Shown one piece after another: positions 10,411-20,651 of a stretch of 49,036 nucleotides of DNA. The notes under the pieces were generated by a model. It was not told the origin of the DNA and searched no databases. It saw only the letters and a program-made list of their open reading frames with translations. Source of the DNA: an uncultured bacterium (GTDB lineage: Bacteria > CSSED10-310 > CAZUFC01). The translations under genes were made by a program, and so were the position numbers. The DNA is taken from assembly GCA_964619725.1 (NCBI GenBank), contig CAZUFC010000062.1, forward strand, positions 1-49,036. The letters run 5' to 3'. How positions within the stretch are numbered: position 1 is the stretch's first letter; each line of letters starts with the position of its first letter.

Positions 10411-13400
10411 TCATATTCGCTTTGTTATTCTCCTTGAACAGGCGCTTAAGCCGAATGTTAAAAAGAGGAGCATAAGGACCAGGCCGGCATGAGTAATCGA
10501 AGGAATGGGAGCGGAAGTAGGCGATGCAGTGGGAGTGGGCGTTTCAGCGGGTGAGTTGGTCGGGCTTAGTGTCGGCGAGAGCGTCACGGTAGGGGATAGG
10601 GTCGGGGTTTCGGAGGGAGAAGAGGTCGGTGAGAGAGTTATCGTAGGCGAGATTGTGGGCGACGATGTAGGTGAAGTTGTGGGCGTATCGGTCGGGCTTG
10701 ATGTAGGCGAGAGCGTTATGGTGGGAGACATTGTCGGCGTCTCAGAGGGAGTATTTGTCGGAGAAGATGTGTAAGTCGGACTGAGGGTGGGTGATGCTGT
10801 CGGTGAGGACGTCGGCGAAGTTGTGGGGGAACAGGTCGGGGTATCCGTAGGAACAAGAGTGGGCGTTTGTGTTGGAGTCGCCGGCGGTTCGCCGGCATCA
10901 TTTTCATAGGCGCCTATATCGGGATCGGAGCCTGCAGGGTCGGGTCTGGGATTGCCTTCGATGTCGGTCGAGGGAGCGCCTGTCGTTGTTCCCGCTCCTA
11001 TGCAGGGGCTGTAATCGCCGAGGTGATAATCGTCCGTGGCCGGTGAAACGAAAAGCGGGTCTGAATTTATGCAGTTCGTGGGAGTGACCGTTCCTGATCC
11101 CGCAATATCGCCGGTTCCGTTTGAATAGCAACAATGATCCAGGCTAATTTCTCCGTTGAACATATGAATCTGATTTCCTTCCAGCAGAGCATTGTTTCCC
11201 CAGATGATTGTGTTTATCAAAGTCGGGGTCGAATTATACCAGCAACATACTCCGCCGCCAGTTCCGAACTCGCCTCCTGATGCTGTATTGTCGGCAATAG
11301 TTAGGCAATTCATGACGACGTTTGAATCGGCGCAATGAATGCCGCCGCCGTGGTCCAGGCATGAATTATCGACGATCAGAGCATTAGATACGTGAGCGGC
11401 GGAATCGTCGAAGTACATGCCGCCGCCCAGGCTGTGATTCCTGGCTGCGTTTTCCTTGACGATAACATCCGCGATTATCGGACTGGACGATGCACAGTAA
11501 ATACCTCCGCCGTAACTGCTGCCCATTTGATGATAAGCGGTGTTGTTCATTATCACCAGGTTGCTGATGTTGGGATTGGAATTATTGCTGCAGAATATGC
11601 CGCCGCCGGAGTCTGCATAGCCGTTCGTGAGGGTGAATCCCTGGAAGACGGTTGAAGAGTCTTCGCCGTTGGAGAATGTGACGACGCTGCCGCCGGCGTT
11701 GCCGTCAATGGTGCAGTTTGACGGGCCGTTTTCGCTGTGAACCGTGATGTTTTTGCCGGAAAAGTCCACATTTTCCACGTATGAACCGTCCGCGACCTGT
11801 ACCGTATCGCCGTTGATCGCTGCGTCGATGCCGTCCTGGATGGTTTGGTAGGGGTTCGACTGTGAACCGTCCCAGGGGCCTTCCACATTGTCGTCGTCTA
11901 CGTAAATGATTGAGGAGATGGGCATTTCGCGTGAGTTCTCAAACGCTCCGATATCGGGATCGGAACCCGGAGGATTGGGCCTGGTATTGCCTTCGAGATC
12001 AGATGCAGGAGCCCCGGTCGTTGTTCCGGCGCCTATGCAGGGACTGTAATCGCTAAGGTGATAATCATCCGTGGCCGGCGATACGAAAAGCGGGTCCATA
12101 GTAATGCAATCGGTCGGCGTAACGGTTGCCGAACCCCCGACATCGTCGGTTTCATTCCCGTAACAGCAGTATTCCAAACTCAGATTCGTTTCTCCCCAGT
12201 AAACATATATCTGCTTTCCCTGAAGCTTTGAACTGTTGCCCCATATGATCGTGTTCCTCAAAGTCGACATTGAATCATTACAGCATACTATGCCTCCGCC
12301 GTAGCCGAATTCGCTGCCTATCGCCGTGTTGTCCGCAATGGTTGCGCAATTCATCGTAATGTTTGAATTCCTGCAATGAACTCCCCCGCCGTACTCAATG
12401 CTTGAGTTCTTTATTATCAGAGCATTGGACACATGAGAATCGGAATCGTCAAAATATATTCCGCCGCCGTATCCCAGGTCCCTGGCTGAGTTTTCACTGA
12501 TCACGACGTCAGTGATTTCAGGACTCGATGAAGTGCAGCAAATGCCTCCGCCGAAGGCATAATAAGCCGTATTATTGTCTATGATCAGGTTGCTGATGTT
12601 GGGATTGGAGTTGTTGCTGCAGTATATGCCGCCGCCTGATTCGGCATAACCGTTCGTCAGGGTGAATCCTTCCAGAACGGTGGAAGAATTTTCACCGTTG
12701 GAGAATGTGACCACGCTGCCGCTTGCATTGCCGTCGATGGTGCAGTTCGAAGGACCGTTTTCGCTGTGAACCGTGATGTTTTTGCCGGAAAAGTCCACAT
12801 TTTCCACGTATGAACCGTCCGCGACCTGTACCGTATCCCCGTTGAACGCAGCATCGATGCCGTCCTGGATGGTTTGATAGGGGTTCGACTGCGAACCGTC
12901 CCAGGGGCCTTCGACATTGTCGTCGTCAACGTAAATGATTGAGGGAAGAGGATCGCCCAGTGAATTTTCATACGCTCCGATATCAGGATCGGAACCCGCC
13001 GGATCGGGTCGGGGATTGCCTTCGAGGTCAATGACCGGTGCGCCTGTGGTCGTGCCGGCGCCTATGCAGGGACTGGAATTGCTGAGATGATAATCGTCAG
13101 TCACCGGCGATACAAAACGCGGGTCAACATTGATGCTGTTTGTCGGGGTGATGTTTCCGTTGCCTCCGATATCCGAACTCCCGTTGCCGTAGCAGCAATA
13201 ATCCAGGCTTAAATTCGTCGTGCTCTGGACGACGTATATCTGGTTGCCTCCATACAGGGCCGTGTTGCCCCAGATGATCGTGTTGCGCAGGACCGGCGAA
13301 CAACTGCCCTCCCAACTCCAGCAGCATATCCCGCCTCCGTAGCCGAATTCGCTGCCCAGTGTCGTATTGTCGGCGATAGACACGCCGTTCATGGTTATAT

Positions 13401-15171
13401 CGGAATTCGTGCAATAAATGCCGCCTCCGTATTCGATGCTCGTATTCTTCGTTATCAGGGCATTAGTAATATTCGCATCGGATTCAGAAAAATACATCCC
13501 GCCGCCCAGTCCGTAATTTTGAGCCGCGTTTTCCTTGACGATTACGTCAGATATCTGAGGACTGGATGAGGCGCAACAAATTCCGCCTCCGAAATATGGA
13601 TAAGCGGTGTTGTTCACTATCACCGACTTTCTGATCTGAGGAGCAGCGCCGGCGCTGCAGTATATTCCGCCGCCGGATTCTTCATAACCGTTCGTCAGGG
13701 TGAATCCTTCGAGAACGGTCGAAGAATCCTCACCGCCTGAAAAAGTGACGACGCTGCCGCTTGCATTGCCGTCAATGGTGCAGTTTTCAGCGCCGTTCTC
13801 GCTTTGAACGATTATGCTTTTGTTTGAAAAGTCTATATTTTCCACGTAGGTACCATCAGCGACTTGTACCATATCACCGTTGAACGCCGCATCGATTCCG
13901 TCCTGGATATATTGGTAGGGATTCGATTGCGAACCATCCCAGGGACCTTCGGAATTATCGTCGTCGACATAAATGATTGAAGGAAGAGGTCCGTCTAATG
14001 AATTTTCATAGGCGCCCATATCGGGATCGGAACCCGGAGGATTCGGGCGCGGATTGCCCTCAATGTCCGTCGCCGGGGCTCCCGTGGTCGTGCCGGCCCC
14101 GATGCAGGGACTGAAATTGCTGATATGGTAATCATTCGTCACGGGTGAAACGAAATCCGGGTCCGTATTTATGCAGTTCGCCGGACTTACGGTTCCGCTT
14201 CCCGAAATATCGCCGGCTGCGTTTCCGTAGCATGAATGATCGATGCTTATGACCGATCCCGCATCATAAGTATGGAATTCATCCCCGCTTATGTCTCCCG
14301 TGTTGTTCCATATGATCGAGTTGACGAGAACGGGGTCCGAATTATAACAGCATATCCCGCCGCCGTAAAAATTGACTTCATTTTCAGTTATCGTAACGTT
14401 CGTCAATTCGGGAGCGGAATTATAACAAAAAACGCCGCCGCCGGCCCCGCTTTCAAAATAGGTCGCAACATTGCCGTAAATTAATACATTCTCGAAAACA
14501 GGAGAAGAATTCTTGCAATAAATTCCGCCGCCCCAGCCTTCTGCCGCAGAATTGCAGCATATCGTCATATTAACGGCTGTCGGATCGGAACCGTTGAAAC
14601 AGGCCAGTCCCGCGCCTTCAGCAAAAACGCCGGCCGAATTGCCGGTTATTAAGATGTTTTCCATCGAAGGATCGGAATTGTCCAGGTATATGCCGCCGCC
14701 GGCTCCGCTCATGTCAACGGAATTGCCGGTAACCGTAAGATTTTTCAATGTAGGACTGGAATCTTCACAGCGCAAACCGCCGCCCCAGGTTGAAAAGCCG
14801 CCCGAAATGGTGAAACCGTCCAGTACTGACCCGGAGCCTTCGCCGTCTTCGAAGTGAACGACCGTATCGAACTGAACGGAATCAATGGTGCAGGCATTAC
14901 GCCCGTTTTCGCTTTGCACCGTAACGGCTTTACCGTTAAAAAACAGGACCTCATAATAAGTTCCGTCAGCCACCATAACCGTATCGCCGTTTATCGCCGC
15001 ACTCACGCCGTCGTTGATGTGCTGATAGGGATGCGCCTGCGAACCGTCCCAGGGTCCGCCCGTGTTGTCGTCGTCAACATAAATGACTGAACGTCCCTTG
15101 CCGGACATTTCTGCGCCGTGCGTCAAACCAATTATCACGAATACTCCAATAACGGCTATCCATTTCTGCAT
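10411..15171 (-). CDS. Secreted surface protein with four tandem right-handed beta-helix (pectin-lyase-like, choice-of-anchor Q type) modules, P/T/S linker and IPTL-CTERM-like anchor
   Basis: Start moved to ATG 15171 (AAGGAGG RBS at 15179-15185; MQKWIAVIGVFV signal peptide); four YVDDDN..GPWDGSQ..PY / GGGIYC / DYHL...SPCIGAG...DIGAYE modules; (SPT)n linker; PIPSITHAG-TM-RRITKRI end. Confidence 0.85.
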   Translation of the reverse strand: MQKWIAVIGVFVIIGLTHGAEMSGKGRSVIYVDDDNTGGPWDGSQAHPYQHINDGVSAAINGDTVMVADGTYYEVLFFNGKAVTVQSENGRNACTIDSVQFDTVVHFEDGEGSGSVLDGFTISGGFSTWGGGLRCEDSSPTLKNLTVTGNSVDMSGAGGGIYLDNSDPSMENILITGNSAGVFAEGAGLACFNGSDPTAVNMTICCNSAAEGWGGGIYCKNSSPVFENVLIYGNVATYFESGAGGGVFCYNSAPELTNVTITENEVNFYGGGICCYNSDPVLVNSIIWNNTGDISGDEFHTYDAGSVISIDHSCYGNAAGDISGSGTVSPANCINTDPDFVSPVTNDYHISNFSPCIGAGTTTGAPATDIEGNPRPNPPGSDPDMGAYENSLDGPLPSIIYVDDDNSEGPWDGSQSNPYQYIQDGIDAAFNGDMVQVADGTYVENIDFSNKSIIVQSENGAENCTIDGNASGSVVTFSGGEDSSTVLEGFTLTNGYEESGGGIYCSAGAAPQIRKSVIVNNTAYPYFGGGICCASSSPQISDVIVKENAAQNYGLGGGMYFSESDANITNALITKNTSIEYGGGIYCTNSDITMNGVSIADNTTLGSEFGYGGGICCWSWEGSCSPVLRNTIIWGNTALYGGNQIYVVQSTTNLSLDYCCYGNGSSDIGGNGNITPTNSINVDPRFVSPVTDDYHLSNSSPCIGAGTTTGAPVIDLEGNPRPDPAGSDPDIGAYENSLGDPLPSIIYVDDDNVEGPWDGSQSNPYQTIQDGIDAAFNGDTVQVADGSYVENVDFSGKNITVHSENGPSNCTIDGNASGSVVTFSNGENSSTVLEGFTLTNGYAESGGGIYCSNNSNPNISNLIIDNNTAYYAFGGGICCTSSSPEITDVVISENSARDLGYGGGIYFDDSDSHVSNALIIKNSSIEYGGGVHCRNSNITMNCATIADNTAIGSEFGYGGGIVCCNDSMSTLRNTIIWGNSSKLQGKQIYVYWGETNLSLEYCCYGNETDDVGGSATVTPTDCITMDPLFVSPATDDYHLSDYSPCIGAGTTTGAPASDLEGNTRPNPPGSDPDIGAFENSREMPISSIIYVDDDNVEGPWDGSQSNPYQTIQDGIDAAINGDTVQVADGSYVENVDFSGKNITVHSENGPSNCTIDGNAGGSVVTFSNGEDSSTVFQGFTLTNGYADSGGGIFCSNNSNPNISNLVIMNNTAYHQMGSSYGGGIYCASSSPIIADVIVKENAARNHSLGGGMYFDDSAAHVSNALIVDNSCLDHGGGIHCADSNVVMNCLTIADNTASGGEFGTGGGVCCWYNSTPTLINTIIWGNNALLEGNQIHMFNGEISLDHCCYSNGTGDIAGSGTVTPTNCINSDPLFVSPATDDYHLGDYSPCIGAGTTTGAPSTDIEGNPRPDPAGSDPDIGAYENDAGEPPATPTQTPTLVPTDTPTCSPTTSPTSSPTASPTLSPTYTSSPTNTPSETPTMSPTITLSPTSSPTDTPTTSPTSSPTISPTITLSPTSSPSETPTLSPTVTLSPTLSPTNSPAETPTPTASPTSAPIPSITHAGLVLMLLFLTFGLSACSRRITKRI

Positions 15172-15936
15172 TGAAAAACCTCCTTGAAATGAAAGGGAAA
15201 AAAGCAAAAAAAATCAATGAATAAAACTTCAGTGATAGTGAAGTTTTATCAGCTCCCTTGCTTCATTCCGGTATACTTATATTGGATGCTGTAGTCAAAT
15301 CGCCGGCTGTTTTATCTTTACATGACGATAAAATTTCAGAACTGATCAAAAATGCCTCTTTTGCGGTTACAATTCTACAGAATATCTAATCACTTTGTTT
15401 CTATCCCGATTCCTGAACAAAATGACCTCAATGAAAAAACACCGTTGAGTTCGTCGCGCAGAAATTGTGTGACAGGAGAGGAATTTTGAAATGCCGGCAC
15501 ATTTTTTTTGCTTCTAAAAATGCAGCATTAAGAACACTTGCCGTCAAACTTTCGCTCAGACGAAACAACCGTTTTCGGGATGGTAATCTTTGGGAGCAAG
15601 GGTTTGCGAAGGGCTCTGACCCTCTCGCAAAGTATTGGAGCATCGAAATGTGCAACTATTGCTTCTGCTGAGCTCTGAGTGGGACGCTTTGAACGGTTCG
15701 GTTAATAAAGCGATATTGCCTTGTATGGGGCAGAAGCGTCAATGGCGGATATTTTTATCAAGGCTTTCATGCGGGTCGCTGAATCCGGCCAATTCTTCTG
15801 TTTAATTCTAAGACGTTCTGGACTTCCAGCCATATGCTCATCCGCCCATCCAATCATCTATTATTCCACCCGTTCATTCTTCCACGCCCCCATCTTTATA
15901 TTCTTCCCCGTCAACGCGCTTTAGGACGTGAATCTT

Positions 15937-16314
15937 CTATACCCGGGAATGTAGCCCTATCCGGTTTCCTTCCGTATCCTGGAATATTCCTATGAATCCG
16001 TGTTCTCCGATGCTTTTCTTGGGGATTAAAACTTTTCCGCCTTCTTTTTCCACGATGGATAACGTCGCTTCAATGTCCGGCGCCGTGAAATAAATCAGGA
16101 CGCCGCCGAGAGAAGGCGAGTAACCATCGCCTTTGATCAGCATGCCTGTTGCGCCTATCGCCCCCGGAAACATGGGAAACCACGCCGTCTGATACGCTCC
16201 CATCTCATTTAATTGAAGTTCCATTGCAAAAATGCTCTGGTAGAAAGCTTTCGCTCTCGTCATGTCCGTGACGGGAATTTCGAACCAGCCTACGGGATTG
16301 TGCGTAAACGGCAT
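15937..16314 (-). CDS. VOC/glyoxalase family protein
   Basis: NPVGWFEIPVTDMTRAKAFY...DTEGNRIGLHS; AAAGGAG RBS favours start 16314 over 16332. Confidence 0.9.
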   Translation of the reverse strand: MPFTHNPVGWFEIPVTDMTRAKAFYQSIFAMELQLNEMGAYQTAWFPMFPGAIGATGMLIKGDGYSPSLGGVLIYFTAPDIEATLSIVEKEGGKVLIPKKSIGEHGFIGIFQDTEGNRIGLHSRV

Positions 16315-16636
16315 TTTTTTTACTCCTTTCATGAAGAATCAGGATTGATTCTTATACGCAAAATGTTCGTGCAAAGCTTATACGATCCGCCGGAAGAGAA
16401 ACTATCGGATAATTTCAGTATTCACGATATTTCATGGAAATCGTCCTTATTCGCCTTTCCATTCGTCCTTTTCCAGGTATCAACGAACTCAGCATCAATT
16501 CTACAAAAAGGTGAAATTGCTTTCAAGGATAGTATTTTGTGATTTGATTTTAACTGCCGAGGGAATAAAATGAGCGACATTCAGCGAATGAGCGGGTTTT
16601 GCTGAAGAGACGATGCGCTGAAGGGGAGGGTGCCGA

Positions 16637-16801
16637 ATGAAATGGGACAAAGCTTTAAGGCCGTGCGAGGAAGCAGCCAGATCGGCAGGCATATTAATGA
16701 CTCCTGTTCTGGTAGTGAACGGCCGGATCGTCTATGAAGGCAGCATTCCCTGCCTGGACGAACTGCGAAAAATTTTAGATGCCGCAATGGTCGATCGTTA
16801 A
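16637..16801 (+). pseudogene. Small thioredoxin-family (MTH895/Thioredoxin_3-like) remnant, 54 aa
   Basis: Manual translation MKWDKALRPCEEAARSAGILMTPVLVVNGRIVYEGSIPCLDELRKILDAAMVDR*; G.LMTP.LVVNG....G..P...EL..IL signature present, CxxC and central segment absent. Confidence 0.55.
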
Positions 16802-17010
16802 CGGTAAAGACTCTCCACCTGCCTGCTCAACCAGTGTTCGTACATATCAGCCCATTCCCTGTAATCGCCGGTTTGCTTTTTTTCAGCGAATTCTTCGCCC
16901 GAAATGTACTTTGAGTAGAAAACTTCGGATTTGAGTCCGTACTTTTCCTCGTAGAACTCCAATTTTTTTTCTAATGCCTTCGGATCAAGTTCATCAACGT
17001 AATGAATCAT
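16798..17010 (-). CDS. Small protein, putative TumA-like antitoxin
   Basis: LEFYEEKYGLKSEVFYSKYISGE...DYREWADMYE pattern; AGGGG RBS-like sequence and good promoter upstream. Confidence 0.6.
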   Translation of the reverse strand: MIHYVDELDPKALEKKLEFYEEKYGLKSEVFYSKYISGEEFAEKKQTGDYREWADMYEHWLSRQVESLYR

Positions 17011-17048
17011 CTTTTATTCCCCCTAAGTTGCCGAACAGATTTTCGATC

Positions 17049-17077
17049 AGTCTACTCTGCTTATCCGGCCGGGTCAA
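17049..17077 (-). promoter_or_regulatory. sigma70-type promoter for the 70-aa gene
   Basis: TTGACC-N17-TAGACT on the minus strand, about 40 bp upstream of ATG 17010. Confidence 0.55.
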
Positions 17078-17331
17078 GTGGTATCGTCATAAGTATTCCG
17101 CAGGGGAATCATCCGGACATGTTTCTCGAACCTGACGGAGCATTGGGAGAAATTGAATCCGTTGACTTTATTCAGTTTTATTTATTATCCTCTTCACCGG
17201 CGTGCAGGAAGCCCGGAATGCTGTATTTATGCATTTCAAGAGAATCCGGTGCAGTCTGCAACGAATGATCATTCAAGCGTCAATACGTCGTTAAAACTGA
17301 AAAAATAAAGAATGCCTCTTCAGGAACAAAA

Positions 17332-19401
17332 ATGTACAAAAAGTCCTCTTCCATCGGCTTAATTGAAATATCGGCTGCGGTTATTGTTTTAGCGGTCATT
17401 TTTCTGCCCCAGTTAATGCTTGAAGCTTCGGAAACCGATAAGAGCTTCGCCGCCCGGCAGATGAGTAATCTCAAAAGGCTGCTTGAGGATGTTGTTGGAC
17501 TGCCTGACGTGTTCAGTTATCTGAATCTTTCAGGATATATCGTTATCGGTTTTATCATCATGATGCCTGCAGCGTTTGTTATAAGCCGGAAACGCTATGA
17601 ATCCCTGATGCCGGATATTCGATGCGAGGGGCATTTATTCGGGAAGGTGTTCGGCGCGTCCGAAAAGAGCAGCCGCGTGTTTTCTTTTATTTTAATCGGA
17701 AGCGGTTTCGCCCTGAGCATCGTCTGCATCATACTGAACCACGCAGGAAATTTTCGACCCTATCATGTTTTGCTATGGTCCGGCGGGATCATTTTCGTCT
17801 TGGCCGGAGTATTCCTTCTGGACCGCCGGCGGGGAATGGGTTCAGGAACCGGCATAAACAGGACTGATTTGATTATTCTATTAGTATTGATGATCGCTGG
17901 TCTGGTCTATTACACTTTTGATCTTCATAACTGGAAGTATTGGGATGTAGGCGACCAGCGCGCTTTTTACCGTTTCTCGAAGATACTTGGATTAGGCAGA
18001 GTCAAGGAGTTCTTTGATATAGACGGGGGCGCGTACAGTCGGCATCCCGCATTCGGCGGCATTATGCAGGGATTGGTCATGAGGATATTCGGGTATGAGT
18101 CGGGATTCATTCTTTCGACAGTGCTTACGGCTTTAGCAGCGGTCGGTGCGCTCTACCTGCTGATGAAAGAACTCTTCGACCGGCATATTGCAGCATTCGG
18201 CGCCGTCTGTCTGCTGGGATCTAATTTTTTCAGATTATTCGCGCATATGGGCATTAATTACAATTTTTCATCCTTTCCCATGCTCCTGGGGCTCTTTTTT
18301 CTGGTCAGAGGCATGAAAACAGGACGCCGCATGATGTTCGCCCTGAGCGGATTATGCGCCGGCCTGGGCCTGTATCTTCACCTGCCTACAGTCCTGCTGT
18401 TTCCCATACTATTCCTCTTCGCCATTTTCCGGCCCGTTAAAAAACGGAGAGATACCATTATCGCCGGCATCTTTTTTTCCATAGGCTTTTTAGCCATATG
18501 CACGCCCATGCTTCCGAAAATATTGGAAGTCAAAACAGCAGTGACCCACCACTCCGTATTCAGTTCCTTAAGACAGGATGAGCTGGAGAAGAGACACGGA
18601 GACGTATTGAAAGGCAGGATAAAGCAGGGGACCTGGAATTTTTTCATGGTAATGATTATGCCTTTCCAGACCAACAAATACTACCAGAACCGGAATCACG
18701 CCGGGGAAATAATGCAGGGCGCGGCCGGTTCTCTGTACCTGCTGGGACTGGCGACGCTGTTGTTCAACATAAGGAAAAATAAAACCTGTCTTTTTATCCT
18801 GGTATCGATGATATTTCTGTTCTTGAGCATAGGGTCCTTTCAACCCTACTTTCCCGTGTCCATTACAAGAGTAGTTATCCTGATGCCGTTTTATTATATT
18901 ATAGCCGGTGCAGGACTCGCCGCACTGGCGCGCATGCTGCGTTACAGGCTGGGTTTTAAATCGAAAATAACCGGCGCCCTGATAATTTTTTTAGCGGCCG
19001 TCGAGTTTGCTGCCGGAGCCTGGTATCTCAATGTCCGTATGCCTCAAATACATAAAAGTTACAGCTATATCCAGATGACGGCCAGGGCCTATCAGTCTTT
19101 GCCGAAGGATAAAACGGTATATTGGGCGAGTCCGCAGGACGGAAATCCTGAGTATGCAAAAATGAGTTTTAATCAGGATATCCACAAGGCGCATGATCGA
19201 ATGAAGAAACTGACGCTCGAATCGGTAAAAACGATGAAACTGGAAGAAGGGGCATTCATCGTAACGGACGGCAGCGAAAAACAGAAACAGATGCTGGAAA
19301 TAATGAAAAACAGGAACTATAAGGTTGAACTGATGCCGGAATTTGAATTCCCGGCCATCAATTATTTGAAAGTCTACTCGGTTCAGACGCCGGCGGAATA
19401 G
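17332..19401 (+). CDS. GT-C (ArnT/PMT-like) membrane glycosyltransferase
   Basis: About 14 hydrophobic segments; WDVGDQ acidic loop, HPAFG, LYLLMKELFDRHIAAFGA, GLCAGLGLYLH. Confidence 0.75.
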   Translation: MYKKSSSIGLIEISAAVIVLAVIFLPQLMLEASETDKSFAARQMSNLKRLLEDVVGLPDVFSYLNLSGYIVIGFIIMMPAAFVISRKRYESLMPDIRCEGHLFGKVFGASEKSSRVFSFILIGSGFALSIVCIILNHAGNFRPYHVLLWSGGIIFVLAGVFLLDRRRGMGSGTGINRTDLIILLVLMIAGLVYYTFDLHNWKYWDVGDQRAFYRFSKILGLGRVKEFFDIDGGAYSRHPAFGGIMQGLVMRIFGYESGFILSTVLTALAAVGALYLLMKELFDRHIAAFGAVCLLGSNFFRLFAHMGINYNFSSFPMLLGLFFLVRGMKTGRRMMFALSGLCAGLGLYLHLPTVLLFPILFLFAIFRPVKKRRDTIIAGIFFSIGFLAICTPMLPKILEVKTAVTHHSVFSSLRQDELEKRHGDVLKGRIKQGTWNFFMVMIMPFQTNKYYQNRNHAGEIMQGAAGSLYLLGLATLLFNIRKNKTCLFILVSMIFLFLSIGSFQPYFPVSITRVVILMPFYYIIAGAGLAALARMLRYRLGFKSKITGALIIFLAAVEFAAGAWYLNVRMPQIHKSYSYIQMTARAYQSLPKDKTVYWASPQDGNPEYAKMSFNQDIHKAHDRMKKLTLESVKTMKLEEGAFIVTDGSEKQKQMLEIMKNRNYKVELMPEFEFPAINYLKVYSVQTPAE

Positions 19402-19512
19402 AAGATTGGAAAACCGGATCGGTGGATAGTTGGGAGAAATGGTAGAATAGTGGAAGAGTGGATGAATCGGATGGTTTTACGGATGGTAGAAGGCATGGTA
19501 TGAATGGAGACC

Positions 19513-19679
19513 GGGACTGATCAAACCGGGGTTACGCTTCTTCCAAAACTTTTGACAGTTTGTTTCAGTAATCGGAATCGCGATCGGGATCGTGATCGCA
19601 ATCGGGATGGAAATCGAAACAAAACGATGGAAGGTTCTCTCGAATTGTAACCTCAGAAGTCGCTTTTGTGATCAATGCC
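19513..19679. mobile_element. 167-bp MITE, GGGACTGATCAAA...GTGATCAATGCC, with internal (ATCGNN)n
   Basis: Imperfect terminal inverted repeats; colinear with 21379-21521 and 46189-46348. Confidence 0.75.
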
Positions 19680-19985
19680 CAAACAACTTTAATACGTATT
19701 CGTTGTCGTGATCGTAATCGTTGTCGAATTTAGACATGACGCTCCTTCAGGCGAAATAAAATTTTAAAATCATTTCGCATGATACTCCGACAACGACAAC
19801 CGCTACGCTGAAACGACAATGATTCATCAGTTGACGAAAACAAGGGAATATTCCGACCTGACGACATGAAAAGTATAATTATTTCAATGGGTTAACAAGA
19901 ATTGGGAAAAGGCCATTGGGACATGCTCGAAAAGCCTTTAAAATCGATAGGTTCTACTTTCGGGAAACCCTGTGAGAAATCCGGG

Positions 19986-20651
19986 TTAGGAGAAACGTTC
20001 CCCCAACTGATTCAGGACATCCCCGCAGGTGGTGATACAGGCGCAGCCGAAAGCCATGTTCATCAGGCTTGCCAGTTGCAGCTCCTCATTAACCGTTCCT
20101 GTGCCGTCTGCCGGGACGAAAATCCTGTAGTCCCTGTAAAAGGCATCACGCGCAGTGGACTCACAGCACATATTAGTCATGACGCCGGATATCACCAGGT
20201 CTTCTACTTTAAGACAGCGGAGAACCGTTTCGAGATCGGTGTTGTAGAAGGCTGAATAACGGTGCTTGAATATTACTTTTTCCCCCGGCATCGGCGCTAT
20301 TTCAGGATGTATTAAACTTTCCGGACTGCCTTCCAGGCATCTGCCTTCCCACCACCATCCCATTATGCCGATGTCCAGTTCATCCGGATGATGCACATGC
20401 CGAGTAAAAATGACCGGCCTGTCTGCCTGACGGAAAGCCTCAATCAGACGTTTCAGGTTCGGTATAACGGCTGCGCCTCCGCAAGTGAACGTCGGCGATT
20501 CCGCATCAAGAAAAAACTGCTGCATATCGATCACAAGTAAAGCGCTTTTTCCCCGATTCAACTCCATTCTATGCCGATTGTAAGGGCTGATCCTCTCCAG
20601 CCATTCCGAAGATTTCGCCGCAATATTCTCAACCGTTACATAAGGTTCCAT
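19986..20651 (-). CDS. Isochorismatase-family cysteine hydrolase
   Basis: LLVIDMQ (Asp), KHRYSAF (Lys), TNMCCESTARDA (Cys) triad; AAGGAG RBS. Confidence 0.92.
   Translation of the reverse strand: MEPYVTVENIAAKSSEWLERISPYNRHRMELNRGKSALLVIDMQQFFLDAESPTFTCGGAAVIPNLKRLIEAFRQADRPVIFTRHVHHPDELDIGIMGWWWEGRCLEGSPESLIHPEIAPMPGEKVIFKHRYSAFYNTDLETVLRCLKVEDLVISGVMTNMCCESTARDAFYRDYRIFVPADGTGTVNEELQLASLMNMAFGCACITTCGDVLNQLGERFS

Noticed and set aside
11750-12940. DGR template/variable repeat pair within the beta-helix gene
   Set aside because: In-frame domain duplications; differences are not adenine-specific and no reverse transcriptase is present
15428-15924. Short overlapping ORFs between the beta-helix and VOC genes
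   Set aside because: No motifs or clear RBS; the region contains a MITE end and low-complexity tracts
16613-16640. Selenocysteine read-through (ATG CGC TGA ... TGC) into the thioredoxin remnant
   Set aside because: Spacing is not UxxC, no convincing SECIS hairpin, and the gene is otherwise deleted
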